Of a stretch of DNA of 44,147 bases, positions 8,800 through 18,015 are shown piece after piece. A model generated the notes under the pieces. The model was not told the origin of the DNA. It saw only the letters and a list, made by a program, of their open reading frames with translations, and ran no database searches. The stretch comes from a virus (Duplodnaviria; Caudoviricetes), in the IMG/VR virus record IMGVR_UViG_3300020044_008469, positions 1-44,147 of that record; one strand, written 5' to 3'. The translations under genes and the position numbers were made by a program. The stretch's first letter is position 1. Each line of letters opens with the position of its first letter.

Positions 8800-10218
8800 T
8801 TACCCCCCAAGGAAGCCTTTAAGGAAGTTAGGACCTTGATCACCCTTCTTCTGTCCCTGACCAGACGCAGACGGGGGTGGCGGTGCTGACGCTGTTACAG
8901 AGGGGGAAGTGGTCCTTTCTCCTGTGTTATCAGTGGTTTTCGCATAATTGCCAGATGCCGCTCCCGATGCGCTGGAACCCGTTTTTGTGCGACCGCCAGC
9001 CGCGAACCCCTTGACATCATCGTACAGCGACTTCACTTCTTCAGTGAATTCTCGCCCAATCTGGCTAAGAATCACCTCTTCATCGATGGTCCACAGGCCC
9101 TTACGCTGTGCCGGCGTAGCCTTCGCGTACACCTCTGGTTCAGAGTACCGGCGGCGACCGATGACCTTTCCGGAATCATCCGTCACGTCTACGATCAACT
9201 GATCCGGATCGATTGATGCCAGCTGGTCAGCGATGCGGGCACTCATGGAAGCGACCTCGCGGTGGACGGCATTGCCCTTATCGAAGGGCACGCCAGCCTT
9301 CAGCTCAGCCAGCCCCTCAGCGAGCGGGGTGTACTTTCGGTAGGTGCGGTCCAGCAGCTTGATGGCCAGCGGATCCTGCTCGACCCACTTGTCATCCCCG
9401 ACCTTGCCAAGCTCAGGGTTCACCGCAGTAACCACGGACCGGATCAGCTGGTCGGTGTACCGGCGACTAATGGGCGCGGCAGCCTCCTTGGCCTGTTTCG
9501 TCTGGAATTCCTGGCGCACGGGAGCCGCCTGCTTCTCGGCGATGGCCTTGAACTTCTGCTCTAGGCGGTGCTCCTTGGCAGCGTCCAGGTCGTCCTCGTC
9601 GATGAACGGCTCGTTCTCCTCGTAGAAAGAGGCGTGCTCATCGGAGTCCTCGTCGAACTGTCTGCCGGGGTGATCGCGCTTCCACTGGGCCTTGTAGGAA
9701 TCCTCCAGCCCACCCTTTCCATAGAACTCCCGGGTGCGCTGCTCGATGTCCTTGAACTTCTCAGGCTGGATCTCAGCGAGCGCCCGGAGGTCCTGCACCT
9801 TCTTTTCCAGCTTCTCCGGGAGGGGCCGGACTGGTGCCTGCTCCTTCTGGGGGGTCTTAGTCATGGCCTCGGCAGCGGACTTGAGCGCCTTAGTGGCCTC
9901 GGCAAGCTCCTCAGCGCCCTCAATCCGGGTAACTTGCTCTTTCTGGACCTTGCGAACCTTGGGTTCCTCCCTGGCTGGCTCAGGCTTCTGGGCCTCGACA
10001 GGCTTCTCTGGGGCCTTTTCAGCGGGCTTCTCGACCGGCTTAGCCTCCTCCTTGGTCTTTCGAGCGCCGCCCAAGAAGTGCTTCCGAAGATTGGCGTACG
10101 GATCTTCAGTTGTATCTTCGGGCTTTTTAGCCTCGGCCTTGGGAGCCTCTACTACAGGGACGTCCTTCTTGATCTCTTCAACCGGAGTTCCCTGATTGGC
10201 GGTGCTTGCTTCGTTCAT
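8800..10218 (-). CDS. Probable capsid scaffolding protein
   Basis: 472 aa, E/K/P-rich disordered N-terminus, helical, immediately upstream of capsid gene. Confidence 0.65.
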   Translation of the reverse strand: MNEASTANQGTPVEEIKKDVPVVEAPKAEAKKPEDTTEDPYANLRKHFLGGARKTKEEAKPVEKPAEKAPEKPVEAQKPEPAREEPKVRKVQKEQVTRIEGAEELAEATKALKSAAEAMTKTPQKEQAPVRPLPEKLEKKVQDLRALAEIQPEKFKDIEQRTREFYGKGGLEDSYKAQWKRDHPGRQFDEDSDEHASFYEENEPFIDEDDLDAAKEHRLEQKFKAIAEKQAAPVRQEFQTKQAKEAAAPISRRYTDQLIRSVVTAVNPELGKVGDDKWVEQDPLAIKLLDRTYRKYTPLAEGLAELKAGVPFDKGNAVHREVASMSARIADQLASIDPDQLIVDVTDDSGKVIGRRRYSEPEVYAKATPAQRKGLWTIDEEVILSQIGREFTEEVKSLYDDVKGFAAGGRTKTGSSASGAASGNYAKTTDNTGERTTSPSVTASAPPPPSASGQGQKKGDQGPNFLKGFLGG

Positions 10219-10520
10219 AGGATTCTTACGTCTGCTGTGAGGAAGTCCTCACTGTTCTTCTCCATCTGTTGGTCAATTACCCTCAAGGCGATCTGGAGAT
10301 CACCGGCCTTGATGGCTGCTTCCTTGGCGTCGGACGGTAAAGTCCCTGCTGAAATGAATGCTGCCGGCTGGCGCGATACCGCCTGGGCCAGCTCGATCTG
10401 AGCTATTGCGAGGTCTGTCGCCATCGACCTAATGAGCGCACGAAACCCTTCGTGCTCCTTCAGTCTATGGATGGAGTCAGCCTCCTTCGCCGTCACTGAC
10501 GACGTGATGACATCGATCAT
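10215..10520 (-). CDS. Hypothetical head-module protein
   Basis: 101-aa helical ORF with ATGA overlaps on both sides. Confidence 0.7.
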   Translation of the reverse strand: MIDVITSSVTAKEADSIHRLKEHEGFRALIRSMATDLAIAQIELAQAVSRQPAAFISAGTLPSDAKEAAIKAGDLQIALRVIDQQMEKNSEDFLTADVRIL

Positions 10521-12967
10521 GGAACTACTTGCGGGGCCATCTGCTGCTCGGCTGGCTGGACAATCAACTGGAGCATCTGGCTCAGTTTCTGGGAAAGCTG
10601 CGTTATGTTGGCTGCAAGCGCCTGGATCTGCGCGTCCTGCTGCTGGTTGGACTGGGCTACCTGCGTTATCGCCTCGCCGATCTGTTGGTTGGCCTGCTCC
10701 TGCGCGGCCACGACCTGACCAATAGCCTGCTCAGACTGCTGCTGCTTCTCAGCCATCGGTGCCAGCACGGCCTGACCGAGCTGTTCAAGCTGCTGCCCAA
10801 TGAGCTGCTGGACCCCTTGGAGGAGTTGCTGCTGCTCCTCTGGCGTGGTGGCGGGCGCGTTCGCCTTGTCAGCCGACAGGTAGGACTCTTCAGGGAGCCC
10901 CAAGAACTGGGCGGCGGTGTTGTAGATCTTCACGATCTTGTCGGTTCCGACCAGCTGAGCCAGTGCCGGGTTAGCAGCGATACGGTCGAGCACGGTCAGC
11001 ATCAGCTGGGCGACCTGCGGATCGTTCGAGCGGGCTCCACCGTCACGGCTGGAGATGAAGGCATCGAGGTTCAGAGCTGCCTTCGAGCCCTTGATGACAG
11101 CGGCTCCGGGGCGACCGTCCACTTCCGTCACGTCTAAGCCGGCATCCTTGATCATGTCGATCTGGCCCTTTTCAAGGTTAGCCACCTCGACAAGGATCTG
11201 ATCATCCCCGTGCGCCATAAAGGCATCGTAGTGCTGCCGCTTCCGCGTGAACTGGGCATCCTGGATGTACGAGGCGGTGAGTCCTCGACGGGACATCGTG
11301 CTCGCAGCCGTGATCTTCGCCTCGGCAGCAGAGATCTGGTGGGACTGGGAGGACCCAAGCTCTTGCGGGGAGAACCCAAGCACTCGCTCGATGAAAGAAA
11401 TCATCGTGTTCAGCATGACCACCTGCTCGCCGATGGACATCTGCGGGGTCTGCATCGGAACAAACAGCTCGTTGAACTTGAGCTGCTGGGCCTCCAGCTG
11501 GCGACCAGAGAACTCGAACACCTCGATGCCTCTGACGGCGTTCTCGGAGTTGTTGACAATCTTGTCGATCTGATCCTTCGAGACGGCGTCCTTGTTGACC
11601 CCAAGAATCCTGATCAGGTTCTTCTTGGTCGTCAGCATCATCTGGGTTAGCAGATTGCCAAAATGGTCTTGATGTGGGATCGCTTCGAGGCCGAGCGAGA
11701 TCGGCATGTCCGCCTGAGCATCATTGTCATAAAGGTCTGCAACTACCGGGTGATAGAGCCACGGCTCGCAATGAATAACCGTGCGATCACCGGCATAGAC
11801 GAATCGGTGCCACACCGGGTACTCGTAATCGTACAGGCCCCAGTCCTTCGGGACCAGTCGGTGGAACTTCACTACGAGGTCCACACCGGCATCATGGTTC
11901 TCCTTGGAGTAGAAGAAGGCCTTGTTATCGCGGTTGTTGTCTCCAGTCCCAGACGTAAATCGGAAGTCCGGGAACTGGAGCACGCATGGGTAAATCTTCG
12001 TGAACAGGTTGTAACCGTCCGTAGTGCGCCAAGATCCAGCACCCACGTTGACCTGATCCGTGTTCCACCAGTCCTTATTGGAAGCAACCTCCGTGAAGCG
12101 CTTCATCGTCCAGTACCCGGCGTACTCGCACCCGGTATTGGTGTTCAGCGTGTAAGGAGGGTGATTGGGGTCACAGAAGGTGCGAGCCATGTGCGGGGTC
12201 TCGTACACAATACCCTCCTCGACCACCTTCTCCGTGCCGGAAATCTTCTGCTTGTTGGCCCACCATTGGTTCTGCGGGAAGTTCAGGCACATCCCGTACT
12301 TGAGCATCTGGAGGATGGACTGTCGGACAGCCTGACGGACACCTGCATCCGTCACCATTCTCTCCACTCGGCGGGTAATGATCTTGGCTAGTGCGCGGTC
12401 TTTCGGGCCTAGAACGTGCGGCTCGTACTTGAAGAACGGGTCCAGGTCGATCTCCCCAAACAGGGATGCCTGCCGAGTCTTCGTGTAGGTCATCACCACC
12501 GGCATGTAGACGTTGAAGAAGACCGGGAGATTGATCTTGTAGCCCGGTTTGGTGTCGGAATTCTTGATGAGCCGGCCATCGTAGCTGAGCTTGCGGCCCT
12601 GCGTGTCCACCATTGGGACCAGGAGGGAATCGAGGCCAAGCTCGGAGGCAGCTTGAGCAGTGGCGATCAGGTTCTCCGCGTCCGACTTACCCTTATTGCG
12701 GTCAATCAGCCCTCGAACAAGGGTGTACGTGATCTGGTTCTTGGAGATGTCGTAGGCGTCATCAACCGCTTTGGTGTAGCGAGCATGCGACAAGGAGCGC
12801 CGGATGCCATCGTCAATGCGATGCGCGTGTAGCTCTATCAGTGATTTGACCTTGACGACCTCTTCGGAAGGCTTCTTGAGCTTGGGGTTGGCAGCGTCCG
12901 TGAACAGCTTCTTGAGCTTTTCCTGGGAGTAGCCGGCATCTTTCAGAGCCTTCGGGTCAACGATCAT
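10517..12967 (-). CDS. Probable portal protein with Gln-rich C-terminal barrel
   Basis: 816 aa; LKYGMC and ERVLGFSPQELG...SAAE motifs resemble podovirus portals; Q-rich coiled-coil tail as in P22-type portals. Confidence 0.8.
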   Translation of the reverse strand: MIVDPKALKDAGYSQEKLKKLFTDAANPKLKKPSEEVVKVKSLIELHAHRIDDGIRRSLSHARYTKAVDDAYDISKNQITYTLVRGLIDRNKGKSDAENLIATAQAASELGLDSLLVPMVDTQGRKLSYDGRLIKNSDTKPGYKINLPVFFNVYMPVVMTYTKTRQASLFGEIDLDPFFKYEPHVLGPKDRALAKIITRRVERMVTDAGVRQAVRQSILQMLKYGMCLNFPQNQWWANKQKISGTEKVVEEGIVYETPHMARTFCDPNHPPYTLNTNTGCEYAGYWTMKRFTEVASNKDWWNTDQVNVGAGSWRTTDGYNLFTKIYPCVLQFPDFRFTSGTGDNNRDNKAFFYSKENHDAGVDLVVKFHRLVPKDWGLYDYEYPVWHRFVYAGDRTVIHCEPWLYHPVVADLYDNDAQADMPISLGLEAIPHQDHFGNLLTQMMLTTKKNLIRILGVNKDAVSKDQIDKIVNNSENAVRGIEVFEFSGRQLEAQQLKFNELFVPMQTPQMSIGEQVVMLNTMISFIERVLGFSPQELGSSQSHQISAAEAKITAASTMSRRGLTASYIQDAQFTRKRQHYDAFMAHGDDQILVEVANLEKGQIDMIKDAGLDVTEVDGRPGAAVIKGSKAALNLDAFISSRDGGARSNDPQVAQLMLTVLDRIAANPALAQLVGTDKIVKIYNTAAQFLGLPEESYLSADKANAPATTPEEQQQLLQGVQQLIGQQLEQLGQAVLAPMAEKQQQSEQAIGQVVAAQEQANQQIGEAITQVAQSNQQQDAQIQALAANITQLSQKLSQMLQLIVQPAEQQMAPQVVP

Positions 12968-13290
12968 GCGGGTATGACGACGTTTTCTCTCTCAGATTGC
13001 AAGAGCGCATCTATCTGGGCCTTCTGGTCCTCCCACGGGATGGCCTCGACAAGCAGGCGAACACGCACCGGGCAGATGATTCCCGGTTCGACCTCGAATC
13101 CGTGACTCAAGCGGAACTCCTCATCAGCGAAGATGTAGTTGCCCGTCTTAGGGTCGCGCACCAGTTCATGGCGGTGGCAGACCAGCTTAAGCTGTACTGA
13201 GCCTCCTTCATTCTCGGTGAACGTGACGGCAGGTCGGACGGGAACCCTCCGCTTATTCAGACGCGGGATCTTCATCGGTCTCGGTAGCAT
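12964..13290 (-). CDS. Hypothetical protein
   Basis: ORF coupled to the portal start. Confidence 0.65.
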   Translation of the reverse strand: MLPRPMKIPRLNKRRVPVRPAVTFTENEGGSVQLKLVCHRHELVRDPKTGNYIFADEEFRLSHGFEVEPGIICPVRVRLLVEAIPWEDQKAQIDALLQSERENVVIPA

Positions 13291-13555
13291 CTGCGAGGTC
13301 CTCGGCGGCGATCAACTTGATCTCCACTTCGCCATCTTCCTTCTCCTCCTCGTCCGGTGCTTCCACGCTGGAGACACGGAACTGGAAAGAGCCCTCGTAG
13401 ACCTGTCCTGGAACAGGCTTGGACTTGCCGAACAGGGCCTCGACCTGTCCGCCGCGCAGGCACACTTCCGGGTAGGCGGGAGGAAGGCAACAGAGGGCCA
13501 TGTCGCCTTCCGGTTTTTCCTTGGACTCGTACTTCAGTGAATTCACGATTGGCAA
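13253..13555 (-). CDS. Hypothetical acidic protein, first gene of head operon
   Basis: Acidic C-terminus; start uncertain (TTG 13555, GTG 13546 or ATG 13501). Confidence 0.6.
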   Translation of the reverse strand: MPIVNSLKYESKEKPEGDMALCCLPPAYPEVCLRGGQVEALFGKSKPVPGQVYEGSFQFRVSSVEAPDEEEKEDGEVEIKLIAAEDLADATETDEDPASE

Positions 13556-13589
13556 TGTCTAGGGGAAGGTACATACTGGCAAGCGAAAA

Positions 13590-15104
13590 ATGGCTGCTCA
13601 AAAATGGAGACCACCGCTGTCAGAGCCGGGGCTGGAGCTTTGGAACTGTCGGACCAGATATGTATTGGTGCATGGGCCGAGAATGGCGGGGAAGTCAATT
13701 TCTATCGCGGAGAAGATGTTGAAGCACGCGATGAGTTGGCCGGGATCCGACTTAATCATTCTCACTAGAACGCTCGCGAAGGGCGAGGCTGGCGTATGGC
13801 GAAATCTTACTAAAGCGGGAGGTGTGATTGAGAAATGGCAGAAGGCAGGGTTCGCTAAATACCACGCTAAACCAGGTAAAGAAGGCGGGCCATCCTATGC
13901 GGCTGCTAGCAAGGTGCCCACGATCAAGCTCAGTAACGGGCCTGGAAAACCTCATTCGACGATCCAGATGATCACTCTTGCTGACGACGCAGAGTCTGAG
14001 CTGAAGCTGAAAGATTTGAACGGGGATTTCATATATTGCTGCGAAGCTGACTCGTTTGACCAGCACGTTATTTCTACTTTGCGGATGTGTCTCAGATCAA
14101 CGCTTGTCCCGTACGAAGCGCAACAGATGATCCTGGACATGAACCCTCCAGCAGAGGGGCGTCGCCACTATGCTTACAAGTTCATCGAACACCCCGGAGA
14201 GGATGAGATTGCCATCAAATTTCCACTTGAGAAGAACTGCTTTATCACAGACAAGGAGAGACAGGGTGTTTTCAACACGTACGCGCACGATCCTAATCGC
14301 CTTCAAAGATACTTTTATGGCGAGTGGGTAGAGATGTCAGATAACTCGTGCTTCACTGACGTTTTCAACGAACAGCTGCATATCGTAGGTGAGCCACTCG
14401 ACCAGGCTGACGACTATTCAAACTTAGATCGTAAGCTGATTTTGAGGCCGTGGACCGGAGCGTACCAATTCGATATGGGCTGGGACATAGGCGATAAGAA
14501 CACTGCCGTTACTCTTTTGTGCCCTCGTCAGCAAGGTGACTCACTATGCTATGACTGTCTGGACGAGGTTGTAATCCTCGAACAGAAGCTATCTATGGAG
14601 TCGTTCCTGCAAAAAGTGATTGCCATGATGGATTATTGGCAGGAGTGGATGAGGGTTGAGAATGGAGTGAGTCAGCCAATGTGGCGGCACTATTCCGACT
14701 CGTCGTCAATGCGCGAGCGAATGAATTTGAGTGGGTCTGAAGCGCAGCTGATCAGCAACTTGACGGGCGGCAGGATCAATCTTACCGGAGTGCAGAAGGG
14801 GAGGAACAGCGTTGAAATGAGGCGGCAACTGCTGAGGAGGCTTCTGTTTGAAAACAGAATCGCCATTTCATCGAAGTGCGAGAACGTGATTCAAATGCTG
14901 CGACACCTTCCACCTGCGAAGTCGAAGGAGCTTACAGACAAAACTGGGAGCAAGCGGTTGATCATGGAGGGCGTTGATGCTTACTCGCAGCATAAGCATG
15001 TGTACGACGGAATCACTTATCCCTTGTCAGCGTGCATACCGCTCGGACTGTACGCTCCAAGCGGTCCAAACGAGTCAGCTCGAATAATGACTATGGAATT
15101 GTAG
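13590..15104 (+). CDS. terL: Terminase large subunit
   Basis: Walker A GPRMAGKS, Walker B-like FIYCCE, DMNPP motif, RYFYGEW, nuclease motifs GWDIG and HVYDG. Confidence 0.9.
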   Translation: MAAQKWRPPLSEPGLELWNCRTRYVLVHGPRMAGKSISIAEKMLKHAMSWPGSDLIILTRTLAKGEAGVWRNLTKAGGVIEKWQKAGFAKYHAKPGKEGGPSYAAASKVPTIKLSNGPGKPHSTIQMITLADDAESELKLKDLNGDFIYCCEADSFDQHVISTLRMCLRSTLVPYEAQQMILDMNPPAEGRRHYAYKFIEHPGEDEIAIKFPLEKNCFITDKERQGVFNTYAHDPNRLQRYFYGEWVEMSDNSCFTDVFNEQLHIVGEPLDQADDYSNLDRKLILRPWTGAYQFDMGWDIGDKNTAVTLLCPRQQGDSLCYDCLDEVVILEQKLSMESFLQKVIAMMDYWQEWMRVENGVSQPMWRHYSDSSSMRERMNLSGSEAQLISNLTGGRINLTGVQKGRNSVEMRRQLLRRLLFENRIAISSKCENVIQMLRHLPPAKSKELTDKTGSKRLIMEGVDAYSQHKHVYDGITYPLSACIPLGLYAPSGPNESARIMTMEL

Positions 15105-15177
15105 ATTGACAATGTCTTATTGCCGTCTTTGAATGGTCGGGCTCGCAAGGATCTTCAGTCCGAGCGAACCCTAAATT

Positions 15178-15921
15178 ATGATTGAAAATTCGGTTCAACC
15201 AGAATCTGAGGGCATCGTCTTTCACCCTCTACCAAAAAACAAGCGCTTTAGAGATCTAACTGGATTCGTTTCCAGCGAGCTTACGGTGATCGGATACAAC
15301 GGGCACACTGACCACGGGTATTACAAAATACACTACTGGCTTTGTAAGTGCTCGTGCGGCAAGGTGGTTTCTATCGCTGGATCGAATCTCAATGCCAACC
15401 GATGCAGGTCTTGCGGGTGCAAGAAATCGGAATACATCGGTGATGGCCACAGAACTCACGGAAGGTCTAGGACTTCTGAGCACGGGACGTGGTGCGCAAT
15501 CAAGCAGAGATGCGGGAACCCGAATGCGGGATGCTACCCGCGATACGGAGGGCGAGGGATTAAGGTCTGTGAAAGGTGGCTTGAATCTTTTGATAACTTC
15601 TTTGAAGATATGGGACCCAGGCCGTCTCGCTATCACTCGATTGATCGAATCGATAATGACGGAAACTATGAGCCAGGAAACTGTAGGTGGGCTACCCAGA
15701 TTGTGCAGTCCCACAACAGCTCGGCGTCAACGAACTTGACACACAACGGAGAGACGAAGTGCATAAAAGAATGGGCAGATCATGCCGGAATAAGCGTCAA
15801 ATCAATGTACACTAGATTAGCTACCGGATGGTCAATCGAGGAAGCGATCTCCACTCCAATCAGGAAAAGCACACGCGACTACAAAGCGCACCCATGCAGA
15901 CCCAAGAAACCAAGCGTGTAG
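15178..15921 (+). CDS. HNH homing endonuclease
   Basis: WLCKCSCG, SCGC, YGGRGIKVCERW, SIDRIDNDGNYEPGNCRWAT motifs typical of free-standing phage HNH nucleases. Confidence 0.92.
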   Translation: MIENSVQPESEGIVFHPLPKNKRFRDLTGFVSSELTVIGYNGHTDHGYYKIHYWLCKCSCGKVVSIAGSNLNANRCRSCGCKKSEYIGDGHRTHGRSRTSEHGTWCAIKQRCGNPNAGCYPRYGGRGIKVCERWLESFDNFFEDMGPRPSRYHSIDRIDNDGNYEPGNCRWATQIVQSHNSSASTNLTHNGETKCIKEWADHAGISVKSMYTRLATGWSIEEAISTPIRKSTRDYKAHPCRPKKPSV

Positions 15922-17012
15922 GCGGCATCCCGCTCGCCTTCACCGCCGCCGGCCTCACACAGGTCTCGGACATCCAGCTCTGGCTCGCACCCCTCCCGTG
16001 GGACTCCTCAACCATCACGGCACCCGTGTACGTGGCCAAGTGCTCCGGAGCGCTGCCCGGTTTCAGCTACGTCATGTGGCCAGCCATCCGCTTCCCGGAA
16101 CCGCTCTATCGCTCCCTTGTTAAGCACTTCTCAAAGCTAGGCATCTCAGCTGCTGACCGGCGCTGGATCGCTCGCGAGGACCAGTTCCCGTGCGGGATGG
16201 CGAAGGCTGACGGCGTGACACCCAGCTACTACTTGGACCCGGCCATCCTCGCAGGCGGTGCTCAAGCTGAGCCACAGGACTTCTCGAATGATTTCATGCG
16301 GGAGGTGTACGAGGCTTCGGGCATAGCGGATTTCGCCATCTTCCAGGCGGTGTGGGCAGCCCTTATTTCATCAATGCCACGCTGGTTAATGAGGACTCTA
16401 AAGCCCATCGACTTGCAGTACTTCAAGGTCCACGCAATCCCTTTGCGCTATAATTGGAAGCTCAACCTCCTTGCCGCCTTCCCAGCCCTCCGCACTGTGA
16501 TCGCTCATGTCGGTCGCAAGAAGTGGAAGATGATCATACCACAGCTCCGTGATGCCATGTTCAACACGAAACAGGTCGAGCTGCATGATGGCGAGAAGCA
16601 CCCGTATTTCGGATGGACGCTGGAGGTGGTACCGACTAAGCAGTTCACGGACTTCGCTACCGCTGTTGAGACCACTCGCTCCCAGGCCTACCCAGGAGAA
16701 GCCTACGTCCGCCAGTGGGGAGCCATCATTGCCCGCCTACAACCTCAGCTCGAAGAGATCCTGTTCTATGCCTGCAAGAAAACCTCGTACGCCTCTGCGT
16801 CAGTTCGCCAACACGGCCAAGAAGGTCCTCCTGGGTTCCGTCCGCTCCTTGCCCCCGGGACAATGCGCAATGAAGCTGTGGACCGGGATGACCTCCCTAT
16901 TGTCTGCAATCCTCCAGGGACGTTTGTTACTTCCGAGGAGTCAGGTGAGCCGATTGAGGTCAAGTCGTTTAAGCATTTGCCGACAGTGTCCTTTGTTCGA
17001 CGAAAGCGCTGA
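15894..17012 (+). CDS. Hypothetical protein
   Basis: Long ORF; likely start at MQTQETK (15894). Confidence 0.7.
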   Translation: MQTQETKRVGGIPLAFTAAGLTQVSDIQLWLAPLPWDSSTITAPVYVAKCSGALPGFSYVMWPAIRFPEPLYRSLVKHFSKLGISAADRRWIAREDQFPCGMAKADGVTPSYYLDPAILAGGAQAEPQDFSNDFMREVYEASGIADFAIFQAVWAALISSMPRWLMRTLKPIDLQYFKVHAIPLRYNWKLNLLAAFPALRTVIAHVGRKKWKMIIPQLRDAMFNTKQVELHDGEKHPYFGWTLEVVPTKQFTDFATAVETTRSQAYPGEAYVRQWGAIIARLQPQLEEILFYACKKTSYASASVRQHGQEGPPGFRPLLAPGTMRNEAVDRDDLPIVCNPPGTFVTSEESGEPIEVKSFKHLPTVSFVRRKR

Positions 17013-17262
17013 GACCTGCGGGATCCCGGGCCAGATGTTCACCGACGAGACCGGCGAGAAGCGCCCTCTTGGCTGCTGGTGCTACCTACCTATCGCCACC
17101 ATGATGCCGTCCAAGAACTGCTGGCTGGTCGTCAACTCCTACGGGACTGGCTGGCACCCGGAACCTTTTTCTTTCTGGCACCGCTTGGCTCATCGCTTAT
17201 CGCCACACCCTCCAGGTATCGATCCCAGCGTCCGCATTGAATCCGAGCAGCCTCCTCAGTAA
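16870..17262 (+). CDS. Cys-rich putative metal-binding protein
   Basis: RLSICRQCP...TCG...GCWC...NCW pattern seen in small phage proteins; start uncertain. Confidence 0.6.
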   Translation: MKLWTGMTSLLSAILQGRLLLPRSQVSRLRSSRLSICRQCPLFDESAETCGIPGQMFTDETGEKRPLGCWCYLPIATMMPSKNCWLVVNSYGTGWHPEPFSFWHRLAHRLSPHPPGIDPSVRIESEQPPQ

Positions 17263-17422
17263 GGTTGTCGTTCGGTCCGTCGTGCGGGAACTTGGTGTCC
17301 TTAGCGCCAGCTCCCATAGGGTTCCGCATGCGAGCCGTGACGACCGCGTACATCCCAAAGTGGACCGGGTCTGGTATCACGATTGCGTAGTGTCCGTCTT
17401 TTTCAACTAGCTGGCGGGCCAT
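17132..17422 (-). CDS. Hypothetical protein
   Basis: TAATG coupling with upstream gene; convergent 131-nt overlap with the plus-strand gene. Confidence 0.6.
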   Translation of the reverse strand: MARQLVEKDGHYAIVIPDPVHFGMYAVVTARMRNPMGAGAKDTKFPHDGPNDNLTEEAARIQCGRWDRYLEGVAISDEPSGARKKKVPGASQSRRS

Positions 17423-17754
17423 TAGAGCGCCTCGATAAGAATGTCAGCGCCCTCTTCCCCTTTTGAGACTTGCTGCGTGTTTACGGAGTGTTCCGGAATC
17501 CATTTTAGCGAGTCGTCCAATGGCAGCAATAAGGCAATCAAAGATAGTGCTGACGGCCCCGTCGTTATCTCGATCCCTCTTGTCCGAAACTCGGATCGTA
17601 ATTGATGCTCGAAACTTAGGGTACACCGCTCCATCCACTTCTGTTTTTTCGGATCCGTGATCAGCCGACCGCGAGCGATCATCTTGGAATTCTTGAAGGA
17701 CGGGGCGCTTCCAAGGCCTCGAATGCTTAGCCTGATGGGCGGCGACTTGCTCAT
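17422..17754 (-). CDS. RusA-like Holliday junction resolvase, outer frame (N-terminal and C-terminal DD parts)
   Basis: PSFKN near N-terminus and LDDSLKWI...GADILIE C-terminus resemble RusA, but the DxD catalytic helix is absent from this frame. Confidence 0.6.
   Translation of the reverse strand: MSKSPPIRLSIRGLGSAPSFKNSKMIARGRLITDPKKQKWMERCTLSFEHQLRSEFRTRGIEITTGPSALSLIALLLPLDDSLKWIPEHSVNTQQVSKGEEGADILIEAL
17444..17638 (-). CDS. Nested -1-frame ORF carrying the RusA-like catalytic strand-helix
   Basis: GTG-started 64 aa containing ITIRVSDKRDRDNDGAVSTIFDCLIAA, which matches the RusA RRDxDN...FDAL pattern. Confidence 0.5.
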   Translation of the reverse strand: MDGAVYPKFRASITIRVSDKRDRDNDGAVSTIFDCLIAAIGRLAKMDSGTLRKHAASLKRGRGR

Positions 17755-17763
17755 GAGTAAATC

Positions 17764-18015
17764 TCACGGTTGCTGCGCGGTGCTCGTCGGAGGCATTTCC
17801 GGGTCGTCCGTCAGGTTCTTCATGGCGACCTTGATGAGCTGCTCCGTGGTGGGCTTGGGCGGTTCCGGCTCGGGCTCGATGAGGATCATGGTTTGATGGA
17901 ACCATCCGTCACCATAAAAAGCTCCACCGACTGGTCGGCAGCCTTCCGCTAGAGCCTCCTGAACATTCTTCACGAGTTCCATTTCGTCCTCTCCACTGAT
18001 TATGTTGTACTTCAT
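17764..18015 (-). CDS. DUF1737-like small protein
   Basis: MKYNII...LVKNVQEALAEGCRPVGG...FHQTM pattern. Confidence 0.7.
   Translation of the reverse strand: MKYNIISGEDEMELVKNVQEALAEGCRPVGGAFYGDGWFHQTMILIEPEPEPPKPTTEQLIKVAMKNLTDDPEMPPTSTAQQP

Noticed and set aside
17643-17651. GAAAAAAC run as a programmed -1 slippery site for the RusA frames
   Set aside because: The A AAA AAC heptamer is not in the phase needed for the outer frame; kept only as a weak possibility
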